Shown in pieces: positions 37,558-49,119 of a stretch of DNA of 64,000 bases. The translations under genes and the position numbers were made by a program. Position 1 is the stretch's first letter, and each line of letters opens with the position of its first letter. Location: positions 896,001-960,000 of the forward strand of contig CAWCAG010000007.1 in assembly GCA_963793425.1 (NCBI GenBank), in the 5' to 3' direction. Under the pieces are notes generated by a model that was not told the origin of the DNA, did not search any database, and was given only the letters and a program-made list of their open reading frames with translations. Source of the DNA: an uncultured cyanobacterium. GTDB lineage: Bacteria; Cyanobacteriota; Cyanobacteriia; Cyanobacteriales; CAWCAG01.

Positions 37558-38799
37558 GTGAGCGCCACTACCAACACTGCGGTTTATACCGACTCTCAAC
37601 AACCTGATGCTTTAGGAAGATTTGGACGTTTCGGGGGTAAGTATGTACCGGAAACTTTGATGCCGGCTTTAAGTGAGTTAGAAACTGCTTATAGTCAATA
37701 TCGTCAAGATCCTGACTTTGTTAAAGAGTTACAAGGACTACTGCGAGATTATGTCGGTAGACCTAGCCCTTTATATTTTGCCCAACGCCTTAGCGATCTC
37801 TACACCAAATCTGACGGTACAGGGCCGCAAATCTATCTTAAACGAGAAGATTTAAACCATACCGGGGCCCATAAAATCAATAATGCTTTGGCTCAAATTT
37901 TGTTGGCTAAGCGTATGGGAAAGCAACGTATTATTGCTGAAACCGGGGCAGGACAACATGGCGTAGCTACAGCAACAGTGTGCGCCCGCTTTGGTTTGTC
38001 ATGTGTAATTTACATGGGGGAACAGGATATGGAACGCCAAGCCCTCAATGTTTTTCGGATGCGCTTGTTAGATGCAAAAGTGCAACCGGTAACGGCCGGT
38101 ACTGGTACTTTAAAAGATGCTACTTCAGAAGCGATTCGAGATTGGGTTACTAATGTGGAGAATACTCATTATATTCTCGGTTCTGTAGCTGGGCCTCATC
38201 CTTATCCGAGAATTGTTAGAGATTTCCATGCCGTTATTGGTCAAGAGACTCGCCAGCAATGCCAGGAAAGATGGGGTGGATTACCTGATATTCTCATGGC
38301 TTGCGTAGGGGGTGGTTCCAATGCCATGGGTTTATTTGCTGAATTTGTTAAAGATGCTTCTGTAAGGATGATTGGTGTCGAAGCAGCAGGAGAAGGTACG
38401 GAAACCGAGAAACACGCTGCCACCCTGACTAAAGGCCGTCCAGGGGTGTTACATGGGGCAATGAGCTATTTATTACAGGATGGTGAAGGGCAAGTTGTTG
38501 AAGCTCATTCGATTAGTGCTGGGTTAGATTATCCTGGAGTTGGGCCAGAACATAGTTACCTCAAGGATACCCAACGGGCAGAATATTACAGCGTTACTGA
38601 TGCTGAAGCAGTGGAGGCTTTTGTGCGGGTATCGAAGCTAGAAGGAATTATCCCTGCTTTAGAAACTGCCCATGCTTTTGCTTATTTAGAAACTCTTTGT
38701 CTTCAGTTGACTGGCAGCCCTAAAATTGTAATTAACTGTTCGGGACGCGGGGATAAGGATGTGAGGACGGTGGCTAAGTATTTAGGGAAGGAATGGTAA
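37558..38799 (+). CDS. trpB: Tryptophan synthase beta chain
   Basis: [54 protein letters not shown]. Confidence 0.98.
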   Translation: MSATTNTAVYTDSQQPDALGRFGRFGGKYVPETLMPALSELETAYSQYRQDPDFVKELQGLLRDYVGRPSPLYFAQRLSDLYTKSDGTGPQIYLKREDLNHTGAHKINNALAQILLAKRMGKQRIIAETGAGQHGVATATVCARFGLSCVIYMGEQDMERQALNVFRMRLLDAKVQPVTAGTGTLKDATSEAIRDWVTNVENTHYILGSVAGPHPYPRIVRDFHAVIGQETRQQCQERWGGLPDILMACVGGGSNAMGLFAEFVKDASVRMIGVEAAGEGTETEKHAATLTKGRPGVLHGAMSYLLQDGEGQVVEAHSISAGLDYPGVGPEHSYLKDTQRAEYYSVTDAEAVEAFVRVSKLEGIIPALETAHAFAYLETLCLQLTGSPKIVINCSGRGDKDVRTVAKYLGKEW

Positions 38800-38854
38800 T
38801 TTATGGGGGAGGAAGGTTTGAGCATCTTTTTGTACAGTTACTCAGTTTTGGTGC

Positions 38855-39487
38855 ATGAAATTAGAAAATTTCCAGGTTTGTGAGCGCGATCTTGATGAGC
38901 TTACTTTAGAAAAGTATTTAGGGGCTGAAGTAATTGCTGTGGATACAGAGACGATGGGGTTAATTCCTCAGCGGGATCGCCTTTGTTTGGTGCAATTGTG
39001 TGACCCCCAAGGTTATGTAACTGCTATTCCTATTGAGCGGGGGCAGAAGGAAGCCCCGCATTTAAAAAGGTTAATGGAAGATAGGGGGGTAACTAAGGTG
39101 TTTCATTTTGCCCGTTTTGATATTGTTCAATTACAATCTAGCTTGGGCATTTTCACGAATCCTCTTTTTTGTACTAAAATAGCCAGCAAACTAGCTCGTA
39201 CCTACACTTCTAGCCACGGACTAAAGAGCTTAGTTCAAGATTTAGAGCAAGTTGAGTTGGATAAAAGCGCTCAAAGTTCTGATTGGGGAAATGCAGCTAA
39301 TCTTTCTGAAGAACAGCTCAATTATGCGGCCAATGATGTTCGCTATTTAATTAGCCTACAGAGAAAATTAACTAGTATGCTAAAAAGAGAAGAACGTTGG
39401 GAATTAGCTAAACAATGCTTTGCTTGCTTGCCAGTATTTGCTTCTTTAGATTTGCTTCATTATCAAGGGATTTTTGAGCATAAGTAA
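38855..39487 (+). CDS. Ribonuclease D-like 3'-5' exonuclease
   Basis: AVDTETMGL, FHFARFD, CTKIASKL, SSDWG, YAANDV. Confidence 0.88.
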   Translation: MKLENFQVCERDLDELTLEKYLGAEVIAVDTETMGLIPQRDRLCLVQLCDPQGYVTAIPIERGQKEAPHLKRLMEDRGVTKVFHFARFDIVQLQSSLGIFTNPLFCTKIASKLARTYTSSHGLKSLVQDLEQVELDKSAQSSDWGNAANLSEEQLNYAANDVRYLISLQRKLTSMLKREERWELAKQCFACLPVFASLDLLHYQGIFEHK

Positions 39488-39576
39488 GTAGCTGAAATGA
39501 TCAATAATAGGCAACCAAAAAAATTAGCTCACTAACTACCCTTGCAATGATCTGGCTTCACAGGAGAAATTAAAGG

Positions 39577-42500
39577 ATGAAGCTTGGCTTAAACTTGACC
39601 CGTACTTCTATTATTATCTGTATTGCTATTATTTTGGTTGCCTTTGGGAGCCTAATTTTATTTACTAGTTTTACCCAGGATGAGCAAGGAGATAAGTTAA
39701 ATCCTCCCCCAGTTGAACTTACTCAGGAATGGCAATACCGACTAGGAGATTCTCCTGTAAATGAGAATGGGATTCCTGTTTGGACTCTGGAAAAGGAATC
39801 TGCCCAACCTTGGCAAGCCTTGGAAGTTCCTGGTAAGTTAAAGATTAGTTCCGGGGAAAATTTTGTTTGGTTGCGAACGACATTACCAGAAAAAACTTGG
39901 CCTTATCCTGGTCTTTATATTCGAGGTATTCCTAACTTATTACAAACTTATATTGAAGATAGTTTAAGCTATGTTTACTATGAGTTGAATCAAGATGGAA
40001 GTTTGCAGCTTAAAGAGGAAAAATGGCCTGTTATTCCCCTAGGAGATGAGTTTCAAAATAAATCCCTGTTTTTTAGAGTTTATGTTGGTGATCGCCAAAC
40101 TCTCAAAGTAGGTTTTTTCGGTAGTACTCTGATTGGTTCTCAACCTGAACTAGTGAAGAAGTTTGTTAAACAGAGTATAGATAAGCTTATTCTTGGCTGC
40201 CTATTTGTTTTTTGTGGTTTTGTACCCTTGTTATTTGCGTTGGTTAAGGGTACAGAATCTCTCTATTTGTCCTTTGGTATTTTAACTCTTGTCATTGGCA
40301 TTTACACAATTTCCGGAGCGGAACTAGCCCGCTTTTTAATTTATAATCCTCAGCTATGGTCGTTCCTTCATTATACTAGTTTCCATCTGATACCCTGCAT
40401 CGTTATTATCTTTTTCGAGCAGGTTTTTGGGTCTGGTCATAGGAACATTATTCGCAAACTATGGCAGATTCAACTAGGTTACACAGCTTGTGTGTTGGTT
40501 TTAGCGAGTAGTGGTTTAGTCGCTTGGTATTATACTTTTTATCCCACCCAGCTTTCAGGCATTATTAGTGCTTTTATTTTAATTTTTACAGCCTTAAAGG
40601 TTAAAGATAGAGATAGTCTAGAAATCAAGTTATTCACCGCTGGTTTCACAGTTTTTCTGATTACGGTTATCCACGATATTTTAAGCTATGTCTTCTTATC
40701 ATTCCCTTGGTATTTAAGCATTTATCCTTGGGGAATGTTTGTTTTTATCATTTTCTTAGCCTTTATTTTAGAGAGACGTTTCACCGAAGCGAAAAAGCAA
40801 CTACAAAAGTATGCTGTGGAAATGGAAGTAAAAAACACAGCTTTGGAGCGTTTGGACAAGCTTAAAGATGATTTTCTCGCTAATACATCCCACGAACTAA
40901 GAACTCCCCTTAATGGCATTATCGGTTTAGCAGAATCCTTAGTAGATGGAGTGACAGGAAAACTTCCGAACCAAACTTTATTTAACCTCTCACTAATTAT
41001 TTCTAGCGGTAAGAGACTTACTCAATTAGTGAACGATCTATTAGATTTTTCCCGATTAAAACATCAAAATATTCAACTGCAACTTAAAAATATTGGTATG
41101 CGAGAAATTGCTGAGGTTGTTTTAACTATTTCTCGTAGTTTAGTTGGGGATCGAGATATCCAGTTAATTAATAAAATATCTCCCGATTTGCCTCTAGTTA
41201 TTGCTGATGAAAATCGAGTTCAACAAATTCTTTTTAACTTAGTTGGTAATGCTATTAAGTTTAGTGAATCCGGGACAGTAGAGGTTAAAGCTAAAGTAAC
41301 TGAGCAATATCTATCTATAGCTGTTACGGACAAAGGAATTGGCATACCGGCTAATAAATTAAACCGTATTTTTCAACCTTTTGAACAGGCTAATGGATCA
41401 ATTTCTCGGCAGTATGGTGGTACAGGTTTAGGTTTGGCGGTGACGAAACAATTAGTTGAACTTCATCAAGGAGAAATTGAAGTCAGGTCAGTTTTAGGGG
41501 AAGGTTCTCGCTTTGTTTTCACCCTCCCTCTCGCTACAGAATTAGAAGATAGAGAAGATAGACAAACTGAAGTTAGTATTCCCCAAGACTTATCTGAGAT
41601 TAGTGGGTTACTTATCAACAATGATCAAGAAGAAATTGCTGATTCGGAAATTATTGTTCAACCAAGTCCAGGAAAATTCAAAGTTTTAATCGTTGATGAT
41701 GAACAGGTGAACCGCCAGGTTTTAATCAACTATCTTTCGCTGCATAATTATGCAATTACCCAAGCTACCAACGGACCAGAAACTCTCGATTTAATTAACG
41801 AAGGCTTCAAACCAGATATTATTTTACTTGATGTCATGATGCCGAAAATTACCGGGTATGAAGTCTGCCAGCAAATTCGCCAAACTTATTCCCCAGCAGA
41901 GTTGCCAATTATTTTATTAACCGCCAAAAATCAAGTTTCTGATTTAGTAGAAGGTTTCTTATATGGTGCTAATGATTATATGGCTAAGCCAATTTCTAAA
42001 AATGAGTTACTAGCCAGAATGAAAACTCATATTCAGCTTGCCAAAATCAATCTGGCTACTAGTCGTTTCGTACCCTACGAATTTTTAGAATTTTTGGGTA
42101 AAGAGAGTATTTCTGATGTCAACTTAGGGGATCAAGTTCAACAAGAGATGACTATTCTTTTTTCTGATATTCGTTCTTTCACAACTATCTCAGAAAGAAT
42201 GTCTCCGAAGGAAAACTTTGATTTCCTTAATGCTTATTTAAGCAAGGTTGGGCCAGTTATTCGTAACCATCGCGGCTTTATTGATAAGTATATTGGCGAT
42301 GCTATTATGGCTTTATTTCCTGAAAGTAGTGACGATGCTTTACAAGCAGCAATGGCGATGCAAAGACAGGTAGAAATTTATAACGAAGAAAGTATTAGCA
42401 AAGGCTATCCTCGTATTAATATTGGCATTGGTTTACATACCGGAACTTTGATGTTAGGAACTATTGGCGAAGAAGAAAGAATGGAAAGTACAGTAATTTC

Positions 42501-42888
42501 TGATGCTGTTAACTTAGCTTCTCGTTTAGAAGGATTAACTAAAAGTTACGGTGCTAGTTTATTAGTTTCAGAATATACTATTTTCAATATTGAAGAACCT
42601 GAAAAATACGCCAGCAGATTTTTAGGAAGAGTAAGAGTAAAAGGAAAAAGAGAACCAGTAGGTGTGTTTGAAATTTATGAAGCAGATCCTGAACCTCTTA
42701 AGGAACTTAAAACTAAAACTCGTGCTAGTTTTGAGCAAGCAGTTATTTTTTATTACCAAGAACAATTTGCCCAAGCTTGGTATGCTTTTAAAGCTTTATT
42801 ACAACAAAATAGCCAAGATTTAGTTTTACAGTCATATGTTAAGCGTTGTGAGAGAATTTTGCGTCACAAAGGGGAAGAGACTTTTTAA
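39577..42888 (+). CDS. Membrane hybrid: extracellular domain + 7TM-DISM + His kinase + receiver + class III adenylate cyclase
   Basis: ANTSHELRTPL, NLVGNAIKF, GGTGLGL; VDDE...LLDVMMP...K receiver; FSDIRSFT, DKYIGDAIM, DAVNLASRLE cyclase. Confidence 0.88.
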   Translation: MKLGLNLTRTSIIICIAIILVAFGSLILFTSFTQDEQGDKLNPPPVELTQEWQYRLGDSPVNENGIPVWTLEKESAQPWQALEVPGKLKISSGENFVWLRTTLPEKTWPYPGLYIRGIPNLLQTYIEDSLSYVYYELNQDGSLQLKEEKWPVIPLGDEFQNKSLFFRVYVGDRQTLKVGFFGSTLIGSQPELVKKFVKQSIDKLILGCLFVFCGFVPLLFALVKGTESLYLSFGILTLVIGIYTISGAELARFLIYNPQLWSFLHYTSFHLIPCIVIIFFEQVFGSGHRNIIRKLWQIQLGYTACVLVLASSGLVAWYYTFYPTQLSGIISAFILIFTALKVKDRDSLEIKLFTAGFTVFLITVIHDILSYVFLSFPWYLSIYPWGMFVFIIFLAFILERRFTEAKKQLQKYAVEMEVKNTALERLDKLKDDFLANTSHELRTPLNGIIGLAESLVDGVTGKLPNQTLFNLSLIISSGKRLTQLVNDLLDFSRLKHQNIQLQLKNIGMREIAEVVLTISRSLVGDRDIQLINKISPDLPLVIADENRVQQILFNLVGNAIKFSESGTVEVKAKVTEQYLSIAVTDKGIGIPANKLNRIFQPFEQANGSISRQYGGTGLGLAVTKQLVELHQGEIEVRSVLGEGSRFVFTLPLATELEDREDRQTEVSIPQDLSEISGLLINNDQEEIADSEIIVQPSPGKFKVLIVDDEQVNRQVLINYLSLHNYAITQATNGPETLDLINEGFKPDIILLDVMMPKITGYEVCQQIRQTYSPAELPIILLTAKNQVSDLVEGFLYGANDYMAKPISKNELLARMKTHIQLAKINLATSRFVPYEFLEFLGKESISDVNLGDQVQQEMTILFSDIRSFTTISERMSPKENFDFLNAYLSKVGPVIRNHRGFIDKYIGDAIMALFPESSDDALQAAMAMQRQVEIYNEESISKGYPRINIGIGLHTGTLMLGTIGEEERMESTVISDAVNLASRLEGLTKSYGASLLVSEYTIFNIEEPEKYASRFLGRVRVKGKREPVGVFEIYEADPEPLKELKTKTRASFEQAVIFYYQEQFAQAWYAFKALLQQNSQDLVLQSYVKRCERILRHKGEETF

Positions 42889-42914
42889 ATAATTGCTCAA
42901 CTGCTATAAATTTT

Positions 42915-45005
42915 TCATTCAGATTGTTGATGATCAATTATTTGGCAGTGCATAGGAATTTCGATAAAAAACTTTGTTCCTTCTCCTAAAACAGAATGAT
43001 AATCTAACTTCCCTCCCAATTTTTCCATGATTTGAAAACTAATCGATAATCCTAACCCTGTCCCTTTGCCGACAGGTTTAGTAGTGAAGAAAGGTTCAAA
43101 TAAATGTTGCTTGATTTCTTCTGTTAATCCTGGTCCGTTATCAGCAATAATTACGGAAATATAACTATTTTCTTGATAGTTAGTTTGAATAGTTATTTCT
43201 AGGTAATCTTGTTTCGTTTCTTCTAAAGCATCAATGGCGTTACTAATTAGATTCATGAATACCTGGTTCAATTGCCCGGAAAAACATTCCGTTAAAGGCA
43301 GCTTGTTATATTCTTTAATGATTTTAATACCAGGAAAATTACCTTGGGGCTTCAAGCGAGTTTCTAAAATCATTAAGGTATTATCAATACCTTCATGGAT
43401 ATCAACTGCTTTTAATTTAACTTGGTCTTGGCGAGAAAAACTCTGCAAAGAAAGGACGATTTGGCGAATGCGTTTAGTCCCTACTTGCATAGATTCAAAA
43501 ATCTTAGGTAAATCTTCTAAAAGAAACTCTAAATCAATTTCTTCAATTTTACTCTTAACAGCAGGTTTGGGATGAGGATAATTAATTTGATAAAGTTTGG
43601 CTAATTCTATTAAATCATCTGTATATTCCTTAGCATGGCTTAAGTTACCATAAATAAAGCTAACTGGATTATTAATCTCGTGGGCAACTCCGGCCACAAG
43701 CTGACCTAAGCTAGACATTTTCTCTCTTTGAATTAGTTCAGCCGTAATTTTACGATTTTCTTCAAAGGTTTTGGTAATAGTTTGAAACCAAGGATTCCAG
43801 CAAGTAGGAATTTCAGGTACTTCTGGATAAAGATTTTTGCTTTCCGCCTCAATGTGATTAATTAGCTGGCGGGTAGGATTGATAAACTCCCTTTTAATCA
43901 GGTAATTGGCAATTAAAAGCATTAAAATTAAGCTTGAGTAAAGAATACCTAAAACCAGAATGCTCTTACTAATAATTGGCATCATAATTGCTGACTTTTT
44001 AGTCAAGAAAATTAATTGCCAAGGAGACTGTTCCAAGTTGCGATAGAAAAATAGATAAGAACCAATGTCTTGAACTTCTTTTTCTTGTTTTTGTAGCAGA
44101 GAAGGAATTTCTTCTCGAAGAGATTTAGGCAGAACATTTTGTAGAGATTGAACAACTGAATCTTCATTTTGAGGAGCAATTATTTGTTGATATTTATTAA
44201 CTAAAAAGCTATTACCTACTTTGTAATCAAACTCAGTTAGTATTTGATTAAAAATAGCTAAGTCTACATTAAGATCCACTGTGCCACGAAATTCATTTCC
44301 TTCATAAACAGGTGCGCCAGAGGTAACTAACAAGCGCTCACTTATAGGATCTTGATATATTTTTGTCCAAAATAGGTCACGTTGGGAATTGTTTTTTGGT
44401 AATCCTAAAGTATAAAATTCATAGTTATAAAAATCGCTATTTAAACGAGCTATTTGAGAATCTTTCCAAGGATAGGCGTTAATAAAGTTATTGCGAGAAA
44501 TATAAAAAGCCCAGACATCATTGGGGATAATATGTAAGGCAATATTTAAAAGAGGATTGAGTGCCAAAGCCATTTCAATCTCGCGATAAAATTCAGGAGA
44601 ATGACCTTGCAAAGAACCTTTGCCTGTTAAGTTACCCACCAAATTACTGTTGTAAGGAAAAGGGATATGATCTAAGCTATAAATATCCTCTTGTGGGTCA
44701 TATTGCAGACTGTCAAAAAGTCGGGAACGGTCAGTCTCTTCTTCATTCACTTCATAAAAAGAATTAGCTCTAAGTCGTAAGGCTTCTACATAATCTGTAT
44801 TGGTTTTTAAGATTTCATCTAAAGAAATAATCTCCTCTTCAAAATGGTCTTGAATCAAACTAATTTCGTATTTATATTGGGAGTTTACTTGCCAGAAAAA
44901 TACTCCTAGAGAAATAAGAATAACAACAATAAAAGTGAGACTAATAATGCGGTTGTATCTCGCAAAGAACATATCTGGATTATTACTCCTGGTTAAGTCA
45001 CTCAT
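42915..45005 (-). CDS. Cache-domain sensor histidine kinase
   Basis: Two TM helices around a Cache-like domain (FWTKIYQD); AGVAHEINNP, QVFMNLISNAIDA, PFFTTKPVGKGTGLGL. Confidence 0.88.
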   Translation of the reverse strand: MSDLTRSNNPDMFFARYNRIISLTFIVVILISLGVFFWQVNSQYKYEISLIQDHFEEEIISLDEILKTNTDYVEALRLRANSFYEVNEEETDRSRLFDSLQYDPQEDIYSLDHIPFPYNSNLVGNLTGKGSLQGHSPEFYREIEMALALNPLLNIALHIIPNDVWAFYISRNNFINAYPWKDSQIARLNSDFYNYEFYTLGLPKNNSQRDLFWTKIYQDPISERLLVTSGAPVYEGNEFRGTVDLNVDLAIFNQILTEFDYKVGNSFLVNKYQQIIAPQNEDSVVQSLQNVLPKSLREEIPSLLQKQEKEVQDIGSYLFFYRNLEQSPWQLIFLTKKSAIMMPIISKSILVLGILYSSLILMLLIANYLIKREFINPTRQLINHIEAESKNLYPEVPEIPTCWNPWFQTITKTFEENRKITAELIQREKMSSLGQLVAGVAHEINNPVSFIYGNLSHAKEYTDDLIELAKLYQINYPHPKPAVKSKIEEIDLEFLLEDLPKIFESMQVGTKRIRQIVLSLQSFSRQDQVKLKAVDIHEGIDNTLMILETRLKPQGNFPGIKIIKEYNKLPLTECFSGQLNQVFMNLISNAIDALEETKQDYLEITIQTNYQENSYISVIIADNGPGLTEEIKQHLFEPFFTTKPVGKGTGLGLSISFQIMEKLGGKLDYHSVLGEGTKFFIEIPMHCQIIDHQQSE

Positions 45006-45248
45006 CTCAAACTCATCTCAATTACTGCACCGATAGTTTTTGGCTTTCGGTATCGCGAAGTTTTCCCAGTTACATATAAGCTACTGGGGATCTATCTAGA
45101 TACACCTGATGCCACTTAACTCAATTTTCCGACAGCAGTTATAAATTTGTTCAGTGCTTAAGACTACAAATCAGTCAACAAAGATAATTTGCTGTAGCTT
45201 TCGTTACCAAGAGGTGGATATACTGCGGTAGAAATCTAAGGGTTTTGG

Positions 45249-47036
45249 CTATGATTTTGATTCGTGAGTGGAAGCTACGTATAACTCCTTAAGCTGCTTT
45301 TCATCTACTTTAGCAGGAGCATCTGTGAGTAAGGAACGCGCTTGTTGGGTTTTCGGGAAAGCAATTACTTCTCGAATGGAATCTTCTTGTGCTAATAACA
45401 TCACCAAACGATCTAAACCATAGGCAATGCCGCCGTGGGGTGGTGTTCCGTATTCAAAAGCTTCTAATAAGAAACCAAACTTATCATAGGCTTCTTCGGT
45501 AGATAAGCCAATAGCAGTAAACACCTGTTCTTGAACCTCTCGTTGGTAGATGCGTAGACTACCCCCTCCTAATTCTACGCCATTGTAAACCAGGTCGTAA
45601 GCAAGGGCGCGGGCTGTTGTTAAATCTTTAATATCTTCTGGGTTTGGGGCAGTGAAGGGGTGGTGTAAAGCTTCTAAACGTTTTTCGGGTTCGTTCCACT
45701 CAAACATCGGGAAGTCTGTTACCCACAATAAGTTATTTTGGTTGGCATCAATTAAGCCTAACTGTTCCCCAATTACCAAACGCAAACGATCTAAAGATTT
45801 ATTTACTGTAGCAGTATCCCCTGCCCCAAACAACAAGAGATGCCCTGGTTTAGCGTCGGTACGTTGTAAAAGTTCCTCTTTCTGTTCTGGGGAAAGATTA
45901 TCCTTAATCGCCCCAATTGTGTCAATTTCTCCTTCTTCCCGGACTCTAATATAAGCGATACCCTTCGCCCCCGCCGCACTAGCTTCTTTAAATAAGTCTC
46001 CTCCTGGTTTGATGCGAACATTAGAGATATTTTTACTACCTTCCGGGATCGGTAAAACTTTAACTGTTCCCCCTTTTTTCACTGCCCCAGAAAAGACTTT
46101 AAAACCAGAGTCTTGAACAATATCGGCTACATCTACCAACTCTAAACCAAAACGAGTATCTGGTTTATCTGTACCGTAGCGATTCATTGCTTCGGCGTAA
46201 GTAAGGCGAGGGAAAGGACGGGGGATTTCTATACCTTTAACACTTTGGAAAATTTGACAAACTAAAGCTTCATTTAATTCTAAAATTTCTTCTTGGGACA
46301 TGAAACTCATTTCCATATCCAATTGGGTAAATTCTGGTTGTCGATCTGCCCGCAAATCTTCATCTCGGAAGCAACGGGCAATTTGATAATATCTATCTAA
46401 GCCAGATACCATTAAAAGCTGTTTAAATAACTGAGGAGATTGGGGTAAAGCATACCATTCTCCTGGGTTGACCCTAGAAGGTACGAGATAGTCTCTAGCC
46501 CCTTCGGGGGTAGATTTGGTAAGAATGGGAGTTTCTACTTCCACAAAGTTATATTCATCTTCTAGGAAGCGACGAATAGTTTTGAGTACTTGATGGCGCA
46601 ACTGTAAGTTTTTGTTGAGGCGGGATCGCCTCATATCTAAATAGCGATACTTAAACCGCAATTCTTCTTTAACCGGTTCAGTATCCGCACTAGAAACTTG
46701 AAAAGGTAATTGCTTACTTACCCCATTAAGCAGCTTAATACTATCAGCATATATTTCCACCTCTCCGGTGGGTAGCTTGGGGTTCAGGGAGTCTTCGGGA
46801 CGTTTGCTAACCCTTCCCGACACTTGAACCACATACTCATTACGTAAAGACTCCGCTATAGTATAGGAATCTGGAGTTCTTTCGGGATCGCTAACAATTT
46901 GAATTATGCCTGTGCGATCGCGCAAATCCAGAAAGATAACCCCCCCATGATCGCGATATCGATCTACCCAGCCGCAAAGGGTAACGGTTTTATCAAGATA
47001 TTCTGTACGAAGTTCGCCGCAATAATGGGTTCGCAT
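45249..47036 (-). CDS. aspS: Aspartate--tRNA ligase
   Basis: [59 protein letters not shown]. Confidence 0.98.
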   Translation of the reverse strand: MRTHYCGELRTEYLDKTVTLCGWVDRYRDHGGVIFLDLRDRTGIIQIVSDPERTPDSYTIAESLRNEYVVQVSGRVSKRPEDSLNPKLPTGEVEIYADSIKLLNGVSKQLPFQVSSADTEPVKEELRFKYRYLDMRRSRLNKNLQLRHQVLKTIRRFLEDEYNFVEVETPILTKSTPEGARDYLVPSRVNPGEWYALPQSPQLFKQLLMVSGLDRYYQIARCFRDEDLRADRQPEFTQLDMEMSFMSQEEILELNEALVCQIFQSVKGIEIPRPFPRLTYAEAMNRYGTDKPDTRFGLELVDVADIVQDSGFKVFSGAVKKGGTVKVLPIPEGSKNISNVRIKPGGDLFKEASAAGAKGIAYIRVREEGEIDTIGAIKDNLSPEQKEELLQRTDAKPGHLLLFGAGDTATVNKSLDRLRLVIGEQLGLIDANQNNLLWVTDFPMFEWNEPEKRLEALHHPFTAPNPEDIKDLTTARALAYDLVYNGVELGGGSLRIYQREVQEQVFTAIGLSTEEAYDKFGFLLEAFEYGTPPHGGIAYGLDRLVMLLAQEDSIREVIAFPKTQQARSLLTDAPAKVDEKQLKELYVASTHESKS

Positions 47037-47260
47037 AGCCAGTGATTTGAAGATAGTTGCTGTGGAAGGGTCGGTTATTTAGAGTAGCAAAATATTGTTA
47101 CTTTGCACATCAATTATCACCTTATAGCAATTCTATGACGGCTGGGCTAGATTCTGGCTTTTTGCTAATAGAAGCGTGGCTAGTTGAAAATATGGAAATA
47201 GACCAAATGTACGCTACTGATTCTGAACTGCGATCGCCTATGAAGGAAACTTTAAGTAAT

Positions 47261-47320
47261 GGTGGGCAAATCTTGCCAACTTGTTTGATAACAAAGAAAT
47301 TCTCTTTTGCCCACCCTACA
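47261..47320. repeat. GTAG-type REP-like palindrome at the truncation point of a permease gene
   Basis: GGTGGGCAAA ... TTTGCCCACCCTACA; same family as 60738-60885. Confidence 0.75.
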
Positions 47321-47582
47321 TCTAGGGCTAAGCATAAAAGGGTTGAGGTGATGGAAACAAAAGCACTATTTAAGATGTAATAAATGAAAGGGCGACGGCT
47401 AAATAGTTCTTGGTAATGCCCTAAAGTGAAACGATTCGGCAAATAAACATTAGGCATAGCGGAAATATCTTCATTGACTTTAAAAGAAGTCAGCAATTGC
47501 CACAGAATTGGGGCAGGAAGAAGATGACGATTAAAGCGACGGAGATAATTAATAAAGCTTTTTTATTAATAGAGTTAGTCAT
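47321..47582 (-). pseudogene. N-terminal fragment of a carbohydrate ABC transporter permease (MalG-type)
   Basis: MTNSINKKLLLIISVALIVIFF / frameshift / APILWQLLTSFK...ILNSAFVSITSTLLCLAL, then runs into the REP element. Confidence 0.7.
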
Positions 47583-47722
47583 ATCGGACATTTCGCAGAT
47601 CAATAGCTCTAAATACCTGATAGCTTAGACTAATTTCAAGTACACAACATTGACACAAGACTAACACTTGTTTGTCACATCCTAGGAGTAACTTAGAAAG
47701 TATCCAAGTTGGAGAAAAGAAT

Positions 47723-47935
47723 ATGGAAACTACATTCAAATCTTTTAAAGGCATTGGTACATTTGCAATCGCTTGTTTTGCGTTCGCAGCTACTCCCTTT
47801 CCTGCTGCGGCTGCTCAAGAAACTGAGCATACCCAGCTTAACTCCATTCTCTCGGCTTTGCATAAAGAGCAAACTATTGAAATGACTGATGAACAGGCTG
47901 AATATATTCATGCGTTGCAGGAACATTATGAATAA
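47723..47935 (+). CDS. Small secreted hypothetical protein
   Basis: GGAGA RBS, signal peptide ending AAA-AQ, His/Glu-rich mature part. Confidence 0.55.
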   Translation: METTFKSFKGIGTFAIACFAFAATPFPAAAAQETEHTQLNSILSALHKEQTIEMTDEQAEYIHALQEHYE

Positions 47936-47970
47936 CTAATAACTATTTGGTAAATCGTCTCTAACCCTTG

Positions 47971-48180
47971 CTAGCTAGAATTTTGCAGTAATTGAGATAA
48001 CTTTGCTTCGATTCTAGCTAAGCTTTCCTTGAATTCATTTTGCTGGTCTTCAGTAAAAAGCTCTAGAGTTAGGCTACCATTAGTTTCAAGAATAGCTAAC
48101 TTAACCTGGGCAATATCTACAACTCCCTGTTGACGTAGCTTTGTATATAGCATAAGGAATATGTTACCCCTGCCATGCAA
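47971..48180 (-). pseudogene. C-terminal fragment of a DUF421/YetF protein
   Basis: LRQQGVVDIAQVKLAILETNGSLT motif; N-terminal TM part absent. Confidence 0.6.
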
Positions 48181-48984
48181 AAAGTGTTAGAAGACCAACT
48201 TGCTGGTGAAAAACTACATCTACGGCGAGGAGTCGATTTGCAGGTTTGCCATTTTCCAGGAGTGACCCCTGGAATCGTTTTTCTGCACGGTGGGTTAGGA
48301 AATAGATATAACTGGCGATCGCAGTACGAATTTTTTGCTCAGCAAGGTAGGGAGGTGTTGGCTTATGATTTAGCTGGACATGGACAGTCTACCCCTTATC
48401 AACGCTACTCTTTAGGCAGACATAGGCGAGACTTGAATCGGTTGTTGAAACGTTTACACATCCACTCTCCTATCCTTTGCTGTCATAGCTACGGTGTACC
48501 TATTGGTTTGGAGTGGGCGAGAAAGCATCCGGTGCGGGGTTTGGTGCTGATTGCTGGAGGAACCCACGATTTAGACCCTTGGTGGGAAATTCCTTTGATG
48601 AAGTTTCTTGCTTGGGGTGGGAGATATCTTTATCATTTACCAGGAGTTCAGTCTCTGACCAACCACCTATCAAGCGATCGCAACGGCAAGAAGATTGAGC
48701 GTTTTTTTGCTGAAAGCCCTGTCCCCACAGAACCTCATTCCTATGAAGCCTTGGAAATATTTTGGGGTTATAACTTTTTCGGTCGTGATCGCCCCTCCAT
48801 TAAGTTTCAATTCCCGGTTTTAGTCATTAGTGGTGGTAAAGACCCCATGTTTACTGAAACAATGGGAGAACAATTAGCTGCTATCTTTCCCTTGGGGCAA
48901 CATCTACACTTGCCTGAAGCGGGGCATTTACTAATCGGAGAATATCCCGATCAGGTTAATGATGCGATCGCCGATTTGTTATGA
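48175..48984 (+). CDS. Alpha/beta hydrolase
   Basis: FLHGGLG, YDLAGHGQS, CHSYG nucleophile elbow, GGKDP, AGH. Confidence 0.88.
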   Translation: MQKVLEDQLAGEKLHLRRGVDLQVCHFPGVTPGIVFLHGGLGNRYNWRSQYEFFAQQGREVLAYDLAGHGQSTPYQRYSLGRHRRDLNRLLKRLHIHSPILCCHSYGVPIGLEWARKHPVRGLVLIAGGTHDLDPWWEIPLMKFLAWGGRYLYHLPGVQSLTNHLSSDRNGKKIERFFAESPVPTEPHSYEALEIFWGYNFFGRDRPSIKFQFPVLVISGGKDPMFTETMGEQLAAIFPLGQHLHLPEAGHLLIGEYPDQVNDAIADLL

Positions 48985-49119
48985 AATCAAACAAATTAGT
49001 CATCCTCCGAAAGTTGACACAGAAACAACATTGATTCGACACAAGTTTGTCATGAGGAGTCGTTACACTTTAAGCAGATTCAAAAAAAACGAATCAAAAA
49101 TCATACAAAGGAGAATTGT

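Noticed and set aside
45006..45248. Hairpins upstream of the Cache kinase as a possible riboswitch
   Set aside because: Short stems are present (CCCAGT/ACTGGG, ACCGA/TCGGT) but match no riboswitch consensus I recognise
47057..47380. 107-aa plus-strand ORF
   Set aside because: Spans the aspS upstream region, a REP element and the antisense of a permease fragment; no coding signature
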